From an uncultured Candidatus Saccharibacteria bacterium (lineage in GTDB: Bacteria > Patescibacteriota > Saccharimonadia > Saccharimonadales > CAYVSP01), in assembly GCA_964625325.1 (NCBI GenBank), contig CAZVBA010000002.1:1-40307 (forward strand): a DNA stretch of 40,307 bases, read 5' to 3'. Below, one piece after another: positions 34,117 through 40,307 of the stretch. The translations under genes and the position numbers were made by a program. The number at the start of each line of letters is the position of its first letter. The first letter of the stretch is position 1. Under the pieces are notes generated by a model. That model saw only the letters and a list, made by a program, of their open reading frames with translations, was not told where the DNA came from and searched no databases.

Positions 34117-34675
34117 GCAACAACAACTCGACGAGATTCGTCAGAAGATAATTGACGATAAAGTCTGCCCGCAGCTGGCGGCCACGGCCACGCAGCTAGT
34201 GTTTGGTGACGGCAGTGCCGACACCGACATCGTCATGATTGGCGAGGCGCCGGGTAAGAATGAGGATTTGACCGGCAAGCCGTTCGTCGGCGCTGCCGGC
34301 AAATTTCTGGACGAAATGCTGGCGATGATAAAGCTCAAGCGGCCGGATGTCTACATTACTAACATCGTCAAATACCGGCCGCCCGACAACCGCGACCCGT
34401 TGCCTGACGAAAAAGAGGCCTTCTTGCCATACTTAGAGGCCCAGCTAGAGGTAATTCAACCCAAACTGACCATTACACTTGGTCGGCATAGCCTGAATTG
34501 TTTCTTGCCGGATCTTTCAATATCCCAAGTCCATGGTCAGCCCAAACGGTACAAGGGCAGGGTATTCCTGCCGCTGTTCCACCCGGCCGCCGCGCTATAT
34601 AACGGCGGCATGCGGCAGACCTTAATTGACGACTTTGCCAAGATCCCGGTCATATTAAAGAAGATTGAAAATTAA
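34100..34675 (+). CDS. Uracil-DNA glycosylase, family 4
   Basis: GEAPGKNEDLTGKPFVGAAGKFL (family-4 motif A) and LFHPAAALYN (motif B). The start is at ATG 34100. Confidence 0.85.
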   Translation: MAKKTKQQQLDEIRQKIIDDKVCPQLAATATQLVFGDGSADTDIVMIGEAPGKNEDLTGKPFVGAAGKFLDEMLAMIKLKRPDVYITNIVKYRPPDNRDPLPDEKEAFLPYLEAQLEVIQPKLTITLGRHSLNCFLPDLSISQVHGQPKRYKGRVFLPLFHPAAALYNGGMRQTLIDDFAKIPVILKKIEN

Positions 34676-34704
34676 TAACTCTATAAAACCAAGAAAGGAA
34701 TTAC

Positions 34705-36708
34705 ATGAGTCCAAACAATCCCAAAAAACCAAATAACAACCCTAACCCTATGCGCAGCGCTAGTCGCGGCGCGGCGATACGCGCCCAACGGCGCAGCCAC
34801 GAGGACGCAACCACTAAAATGGATCAGTACCTCAGTACCAACGCGGCCCCAGAAGCCCGACGCGCCAACGTGATAGATGACAGCCCTCGGCTGCGCATTA
34901 TCGGTCTCGGCGGCATGGACGGCGGCGGCTCCAAGAACATGATAGTCGTCGAGTACATGAATGACGCCGTCGTCATCGACTGTGGCAACGACCTTGGCGT
35001 TGATTTACCAGGCATCAACTACGGTATTTGCGACACCAGTTACCTGGATACCATCGCTAACAAAATCCGCGCTTTCGTGATGACACACGGCCACCTTGAC
35101 CACATTGGTGGGTTACCGCACATCCTGCCTAAGTACCCGGGCATACCGGTCTACGGCAGCCGCTTTACTATCGGCCGTGTCGAGGAAATTTTCCAAAACT
35201 ACGGCCTGCCAATGCCGCAAGGCTTCGAGCTAAAAACCGTCATCATGAACGAAGACAACCACGAACGGTTAAAAGTGGGTAGCTTCTTCATTGAATTGGT
35301 ACGCGTAACCCACTCTATCCCGGGAAGCACCGTGGTAGTGGTGGATACGCCAGTCGGGCGAGTCATCAATACCGGTGACTTCCGTTTTGACCCTAACCCA
35401 CTAGACCACGAACGCACCGATACCGAGCGCTTAAAGCAACTCGGTACTGAAGGCGTGCTGGCGCTGCTCTCCGAGAGTACCACCAGCGAGCGACCAGGCC
35501 GTACGCCTAGCGAGTCGACCATTGAGCCGAGCTTCATTGACATCATGGATCGGGCACCGGGACGCATTTTTTGCGGCCTGTTCTCGACTAACATGAACCG
35601 TGTTCAGATGATCATCAATGCCGCCGTGCACCACAACAAGAAAGTGGCCATGGACGGTCGCAGCATGATGAGTACGCTGGAAATGGCCGTGCGCAACGGC
35701 TTCATTAAAGTGCCCAAGGGCACCTTTGTGCCGATTGCCAGCGTGCCAAACATGAAGGACCAGGATGTCGTCATCGTAGCCACCGGTAGCCAGGGCGAGC
35801 CCAACTCAGCGCTGGTGCGCATGAGCGAAGGCGACCACAAGCACATCAAACTCAAAGCCCAGGATACGGTGATTTTGAGTTCGACGCCAATTCCGGAGAG
35901 CGGCAACGACGCTTTGATTGGCAACATGGTCGACGATTTGATGCGCAAAGGCGTCCACGTCTACCGCCATGAAACCCACGAACTGGACGGCGCCGGACCG
36001 CTGCACGTCAGTGGTCACGCTAGCATCGAAGAGTACCGTGAGATGATTACCATGACCAAGCCGAAATTCTTCGTGCCTATCTACGGTGCCTACCGCTCTA
36101 AGCAGCGCCACCTGGAGATTGCCGTTGAAGAGGGCATTCCGCGCAAGAACACTATCAATGCCGAGAACGGCGAGGTGCTGGTACTGAGCAAAGACAAGAT
36201 GGAATCAGCCGGCCAGGTACCGCACGGTACGGTGCTGGTGGACCAAACCGGCGCTGTCGTCAGCAACATCGTCATCAAGGACCGATTGATGCTGGCTGAA
36301 GAAGGCCTGGTAGCGGTCGTCTTAACCTTAGACAAAAAGACTGGTGCCTTGCTAACCAGCCCGGATATCATCAGTCGCGGCTTCATCTACATGCGTGATA
36401 GTGAAGAGCTAATGAATGATTTTCGCACCGAGCTACGCCGTGCTGTCGGCCAACGCTTCAAGCGCATCGATTTAGACCGTTTCAAGCAAGAACTCAAAGA
36501 ACACGTTACGCATTTCTTGTTTGAGCAGACCGGCCGTAGCCCGATTGTCATCCCAGTGGTCAACGTGATTGGCAAGAACTCCGAGAAGCCGCACAGCCAG
36601 AACGGCAACGAGGCACCCAAGACCCATGAAGAGCAGGCTGAAGATTTGCAGAAGCGCTTCGCTGCCATGCGCGCCAAGTTACTCAACCAAGACGCCCGAA
36701 TAGACTGA
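34705..36708 (+). CDS. rnj: Ribonuclease J
   Basis: The metallo-beta-lactamase motif HGHLDHIGGLP is present. The beta-CASP region is present (GDFRFD, ATGSQGEP, HVSGHAS). Basic N- and C-terminal extensions are present. AAAGGA lies 5 nt upstream. Confidence 0.92.
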   Translation: MSPNNPKKPNNNPNPMRSASRGAAIRAQRRSHEDATTKMDQYLSTNAAPEARRANVIDDSPRLRIIGLGGMDGGGSKNMIVVEYMNDAVVIDCGNDLGVDLPGINYGICDTSYLDTIANKIRAFVMTHGHLDHIGGLPHILPKYPGIPVYGSRFTIGRVEEIFQNYGLPMPQGFELKTVIMNEDNHERLKVGSFFIELVRVTHSIPGSTVVVVDTPVGRVINTGDFRFDPNPLDHERTDTERLKQLGTEGVLALLSESTTSERPGRTPSESTIEPSFIDIMDRAPGRIFCGLFSTNMNRVQMIINAAVHHNKKVAMDGRSMMSTLEMAVRNGFIKVPKGTFVPIASVPNMKDQDVVIVATGSQGEPNSALVRMSEGDHKHIKLKAQDTVILSSTPIPESGNDALIGNMVDDLMRKGVHVYRHETHELDGAGPLHVSGHASIEEYREMITMTKPKFFVPIYGAYRSKQRHLEIAVEEGIPRKNTINAENGEVLVLSKDKMESAGQVPHGTVLVDQTGAVVSNIVIKDRLMLAEEGLVAVVLTLDKKTGALLTSPDIISRGFIYMRDSEELMNDFRTELRRAVGQRFKRIDLDRFKQELKEHVTHFLFEQTGRSPIVIPVVNVIGKNSEKPHSQNGNEAPKTHEEQAEDLQKRFAAMRAKLLNQDARID

Positions 36709-36721
36709 GGCACCAGCGCCG

Positions 36722-36767
36722 CGCCAACCTGACGCTCAGCTAAACTGAGCGTACTGTTGGCGTTTTT
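36722..36767 (+). terminator. Rho-independent terminator of rnj
   Basis: CGCCAAC/GTTGGCG outer stem and ACGCTCAG/CTGAGCGT inner stem, loop CTAAA, then TTTTT (36763-36767). Confidence 0.8.
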
Positions 36768-36861
36768 GGCGGATTGCGACGTCAGAATCTCCAGTACTCA
36801 CTCAACGTACCACCTGTACGCCTCGTTCCGTGCTTCAATTCTTCCTTGCACTCCATCCAAA
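36765..36861 (-). repeat. Copy B of the two-copy ~97-nt imperfect-palindrome element (candidate structured RNA)
   Basis: It is the reverse complement of copy A (24918-25014). Its closing-helix 3' arm, CCAAA, is the complement of the rnj terminator T-tract. Confidence 0.7.
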
Positions 36862-37019
36862 CGCTGGCGTCTCACGCTTCTTAATATGCTAGCCGGAAAA
36901 GGGGCTTGACGAGGGGGCGGGGATTTGCGAAGATACATCTCGCAAAATGTGTATCTCTTGGCAAAAAACAGGGCTATCCTTCGGGGGAGCAGAGCCTAAA
37001 TAAAAGCGACTAGCCTTAA

Positions 37020-37048
37020 TTGACAAAATGGCAAGCATTTGTTATACT
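37020..37048 (+). promoter_or_regulatory. Consensus-like sigma-70 promoter for ORF 37075
   Basis: TTGACA (37020-37025), 17-nt spacer, TATACT (37043-37048). Confidence 0.7.
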
Positions 37049-37074
37049 AGGTATTAGCTTTTAGCAGAATAAAC

Positions 37075-37338
37075 ATGAAAAACCACCCTACAAACCCTAA
37101 CTTTGGCAATATATTGCCCAGCGATCCTCAACTCGACAGTGCGATCGAACACTTGCAAGCGGCCGCCGGCCAGGAGCCGGGTTTTATTGCTGATATCGCC
37201 CGGTACGCTGCCGAGGCCCGCCAGCACCAGCCGCTTGACCCATATGCGAATGTGGTGCGCATCAGTCGGGCGCCAGGTTGGTACAAACGGGGACTGCCAC
37301 CTGTTCCTAAGCCGCCAACTAGCCCGACGGCTGCCTAA
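37075..37338 (+). CDS. Hypothetical small protein
   Basis: 87-aa ORF downstream of a strong promoter, with a Pro-rich C-terminus. No family recognised. Confidence 0.45.
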   Translation: MKNHPTNPNFGNILPSDPQLDSAIEHLQAAAGQEPGFIADIARYAAEARQHQPLDPYANVVRISRAPGWYKRGLPPVPKPPTSPTAA

Positions 37339-37341
37339 TCT

Positions 37342-37370
37342 TTGACAAACGGTGTAAAATCTGCTACAAT
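37342..37370 (+). promoter_or_regulatory. Sigma-70-type promoter (leaderless geometry) for ORF 37378
   Basis: TTGACA (37342-37347), 17-nt spacer, TACAAT (37365-37370), 7 nt before ATG 37378. Confidence 0.65.
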
Positions 37371-37377
37371 ATGGTTC

Positions 37378-37842
37378 ATGGATAACATCGTACCCGGCTA
37401 TCCGGCCGAAGCCCACATCCCCACTGAAATTCTGGAACGCCGCTATGAAGTACCGGCGTTACCGGAAAGTTTCGAGGACGAAATGCTCACCAGGGCTACC
37501 GAGCTAGCTGGAGGCGACCCTGAATTGGTACCAAAAGTCTACCAACACCTGCGGCGCACCTATGATTGTATCGTCTGGGTACACCAAAATTCTCGAGAAG
37601 CAGGCGACCTGCAGGATAAAATAGCCGCCGCCGGCCGTGAACTCGTAGAGGTAGAGCTAGCTGTTGATCGCCACCCGGCCAGCGGTTCTAAGAAATACTT
37701 TGAGTCGCAAGGCCCTCGCACTGAAGCGGAAGCCGCCTTGGCTCGAACGGCTTTGCCAGAAGTAAAGCGGAATATCCAACGTAGCCGCCGCCGCGCCTGG
37801 CTCAGAAAACGCTCGACATCCAACCAAGACGACCCTAGTTGA
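37378..37842 (+). CDS. Hypothetical protein
   Basis: 154 aa from ATG 37378. The upstream part of the track ORF is occupied by the promoter. Basic C-terminal tail. Confidence 0.45.
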   Translation: MDNIVPGYPAEAHIPTEILERRYEVPALPESFEDEMLTRATELAGGDPELVPKVYQHLRRTYDCIVWVHQNSREAGDLQDKIAAAGRELVEVELAVDRHPASGSKKYFESQGPRTEAEAALARTALPEVKRNIQRSRRRAWLRKRSTSNQDDPS

Positions 37843-37874
37843 ATCACCCAAGAGAGGGTATAATATAAACGCTT

Positions 37875-40073
37875 ATGGCCAAAAAGAAAAAGCAGTCTAG
37901 AAAAAAGAAGGTCGAAGTCAGCGAACAGTCCAGCTTCTGGCCGTTTGCCGGCGCCGTTTTGCTTCTGGTGGGCGCGCTGTTTTTGCTGCTCGGCGGTTTT
38001 GGTACCGGCGGCCCGTTGCCTAAAAACTTATTCCACGGAGCTTATTGGACACTGGGCTGGGGTGCCTATTTAACACCGTTAGCGCTGATATTTTGGGGTG
38101 TCCATAAATTTGTCAGCGAAGACCGCCAGATTCCGCTACCCAAGCTTATGAGTATGCTCGGTGTACTAGGCTTCAGTGCCAGTTGGCTGCATGTCGCCTT
38201 CGTCAGCAAAGATGCCAATGGTTTATTTGTTGGTGGCCACGGTGGCAGCGTTGGCAAGGCGATTGGTGGGGCGGCCTTGAATATCTTAGATAAAATGCCG
38301 GCCAGTCTGACATTCTTTATATTCGCGCTTTTTAGCTTCTTTTTTGCATTTGGTATCTCGCCTAAAATCTTTCTCAAGCTACTGGAAGCCCTTAAGCGGC
38401 CCGATAAGGACACTGACCTAAACGAACTTAAGGCCAAGGCGCCGGAACACGGCTTCCAGCTTAATGAGGGCGTACCAGTGGAGCATCATAGCCCGGCTCG
38501 CTTGAGTACCTTCAAAAACACCGCCGAAAAGCTGGCGTCCAGTGAAAGCCATCAGGCGCTGACTACCACCAGCGACCCGGACTGGAAGTTTCCATCGCTC
38601 AACCTGCTGAACCAAAAACAGGACAAGGCTGACGCCGGTGACGTCGAGGGCAACGCCGACATTATTAAAGAGACTTTCGCCAATTTCAGCATCAACGTTG
38701 ACATGGAAGGGGCTAACATTGGCCCGCGCGTTACTCAATTTACACTGAAGCCGCCGGCCGGAGTTAAATTGACCAAGATTGCTGCGTTGGAAAATAACCT
38801 GGCACTGGATTTGGCGGCTCAATCGATTCGGATTGAAGCGCCGATTCCGGGCAAAAAAGCCGTCGGTATTGAGGTGCCTAACCTGAAACCGGCGACGGTG
38901 CGGATGGCCAGTATCCTGAGTGCGCCGACGTGGGCCGAAACTAAAAGTCCGCTGAGTATCGCCATTGGTAAAGATATTTCCGGCGCGCCGGTCATCGCTG
39001 ACCTGGATAAAATGCCGCACTTGCTGGTGGCCGGCCAGACCAACTCTGGTAAAAGCGTTATGATCAACGCCGTGCTAACCAGCTTGCTGTACCGCAACAG
39101 CCCGTCAGACCTCAAACTTATTCTGGTCGACCCCAAACACGTCGAACTGACGCCCTATGATGAGATCCCTCACCTGCTAACCCCGGTCATAACCGAGCCG
39201 GAGAAGTGCATTAGCGCCCTGAAATGGGCCGTGGCCGAGATGGAACGGCGTTACCGCACGCTGGCCGAAGCCCACCGGCGCAATATTAATGAATACAATG
39301 ATCTTAAAAAGGACGAGGGCATGCCCTATATTATCATCGTGATTGATGAGCTGGCTGACCTGATGATGATGGCCGCCCGCGACGTCGAAGCGTTGATTGT
39401 GCGCATTGCCCAAAAGGCCCGTGCCGTCGGTATTCACCTAGTGATTGCCACGCAGCGACCGAGTGTGGACGTTGTCACCGGGCTGATTAAAGCCAACGTA
39501 CCGGCCCGGATTGCCTTTACGACCAACAGCCAGGTCGACAGCCGCACGATTATTGATATGATGGGCGCCGAGAAGCTGCTGGGTATGGGCGATATGCTGT
39601 TTGCGACGGCTGATATGCCTAAGCCCAAGCGCGTCCAAGGTGCCCTGATTGAAATCGACGAGGTCCAGAAGATTACCGATTTTCTACGCATGCAGCGGCC
39701 GCCGCAGTATGACGACGAAGTTATATCTCAGCCCGTCCAACTCAATGGCCGCGGTGGCGTAGTGGCCGATTATGGCAACAACGAGGCTAACGATGATATG
39801 TGGAAAGACGCGGTGCAGGTAGTCATTGAGGGCCGTAAGGCCAGCACCAGCTTGTTGCAGCGGCGATTGCGCGTCGGCTATGCGCGCGCCGCTCGCCTGA
39901 TTGAAACCATGGAAGAGCAGGGCATTGTCGGCCAAGCCGACGGCAGCCGGCCCCGCGAAGTCCTGGTCCAGAGTATGGACGAAGTCTTTGGCCGCGCTGA
40001 TGAGCCGGTCGAAGCTAAGTCGTCGTTAGGCGAAGAAGTCTACGATGACATGCCCGACGAACCCGAGGAATAG
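37875..40073 (+). CDS. ftsK: DNA translocase FtsK
   Basis: The N-terminal TM helices are followed by a motor domain with Walker A (VAGQTNSGKSV) and Walker B (IIIVIDELADL). The C-terminal winged-helix gamma domain is present (STSLLQRRLRVGYARAARLIETMEEQGIVG). Confidence 0.93.
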   Translation: MAKKKKQSRKKKVEVSEQSSFWPFAGAVLLLVGALFLLLGGFGTGGPLPKNLFHGAYWTLGWGAYLTPLALIFWGVHKFVSEDRQIPLPKLMSMLGVLGFSASWLHVAFVSKDANGLFVGGHGGSVGKAIGGAALNILDKMPASLTFFIFALFSFFFAFGISPKIFLKLLEALKRPDKDTDLNELKAKAPEHGFQLNEGVPVEHHSPARLSTFKNTAEKLASSESHQALTTTSDPDWKFPSLNLLNQKQDKADAGDVEGNADIIKETFANFSINVDMEGANIGPRVTQFTLKPPAGVKLTKIAALENNLALDLAAQSIRIEAPIPGKKAVGIEVPNLKPATVRMASILSAPTWAETKSPLSIAIGKDISGAPVIADLDKMPHLLVAGQTNSGKSVMINAVLTSLLYRNSPSDLKLILVDPKHVELTPYDEIPHLLTPVITEPEKCISALKWAVAEMERRYRTLAEAHRRNINEYNDLKKDEGMPYIIIVIDELADLMMMAARDVEALIVRIAQKARAVGIHLVIATQRPSVDVVTGLIKANVPARIAFTTNSQVDSRTIIDMMGAEKLLGMGDMLFATADMPKPKRVQGALIEIDEVQKITDFLRMQRPPQYDDEVISQPVQLNGRGGVVADYGNNEANDDMWKDAVQVVIEGRKASTSLLQRRLRVGYARAARLIETMEEQGIVGQADGSRPREVLVQSMDEVFGRADEPVEAKSSLGEEVYDDMPDEPEE

Positions 40074-40102
40074 TTGACCAACAGGGGTAAGTAAGTTATA
40101 CT
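40074..40102 (+). promoter_or_regulatory. Sigma-70-type promoter for rpsF
   Basis: TTGACC (40074-40079), 17-nt spacer, TATACT (40097-40102). Confidence 0.65.
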
Positions 40103-40171
40103 TCACCGGTCATAAAGACTTCAGCTTACATCACCTATAGAGTGTAGGCGCAAACCAATCGAAGGAGAGCT

Positions 40172-40307
40172 ATGAATCAGTATGAAATTGCTGTGTTATA
40201 TCACCCGGATTTAGAGATAGATCTGGATAAGGCCGAGAAGCGGGTGCTTAACATCTTCACCGACAACGGTGGTAAAGTTACCGCGACGGACAACTGGGGC
40301 AAGCGCA
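40172..40307 (+). CDS. rpsF: 30S ribosomal protein S6, N-terminal fragment (runs off the window)
   Basis: Own translation: MNQYEIAVLYHPDLEIDLDKAEKRVLNIFTDNGGKVTATDNWGKR, the S6 pattern (YE..... HP....., ..WG.R). GAAGGAGAG SD upstream. Confidence 0.85.
   Translation, partial: MNQYEIAVLYHPDLEIDLDKAEKRVLNIFTDNGGKVTATDNWGKR

Noticed and set aside
38418-39020. Long antisense ORFs throughout the track, for example 38418-39020, 29125-29736, 29749-30237, 15565-16053, 14746-15144, 7466-7855, 12367-12903 and 11775-12299.
   Set aside because: They are shadow ORFs opposite well-supported genes (ftsK, the DHH-like gene, polA, dnaG, the kinase). Their composition is low-complexity or Arg/Ser/Leu-biased, and they show no start signals.
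1-40307. A CRISPR array, cas genes, transposase, integrase, phage genes, or an alternative genetic code (UGA recoding as in some CPR lineages).
   Set aside because: No spaced direct repeats were seen, and no recombinase or Cas-like ORFs. TGA terminates conserved genes at their expected lengths (folK 21342-21344, HAD 24267-24269, membrane ORF 16755-16757), so the standard code applies.

Overview
This is a compact, almost fully coding, mostly plus-strand stretch of a small bacterial genome under the standard code (TGA is a stop). Gene content and tight packing suggest a reduced-genome lineage such as CPR/Patescibacteria (Saccharibacteria-like), which is inference only. Housekeeping genes recognised from protein motifs are gdhA (partial), mscL, msrB, orn, dnaG-rpoD, polA, folP/folK, mutM, holA, rpsT, truB, rpsO-pnp, a family-4 UDG, rnj, ftsK and rpsF (partial). 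There are also three Nudix hydrolases, a histidine phosphatase, a HAD hydrolase and about 20 orphan ORFs. I found no rRNA, tRNA, CRISPR array, transposase or integrase. The most interesting signal is non-coding. A ~97-nt imperfect-palindrome element occurs twice in inverted orientation, at 24918-25014 and 36765-36861. Over a 91-nt ungapped core the copies are about 80% identical (73/91, hand count), and six fully compensatory base-pair changes preserve a five-helix rod-like fold. This marks it as a candidate structured RNA or dispersed palindromic repeat family. Other points: many genes have a -10 hexamer 6-10 nt upstream of the ATG with no Shine-Dalgarno sequence, suggesting leaderless mRNAs. 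A 542-aa orphan protein has a RelE/ParE-like C-terminus and sits next to a small Cys-His-Asp protein. Several proteins look like pseudo-enzymes, and there is an AT-rich two-gene island. All family calls rest on motif recognition by eye; no searches were run.
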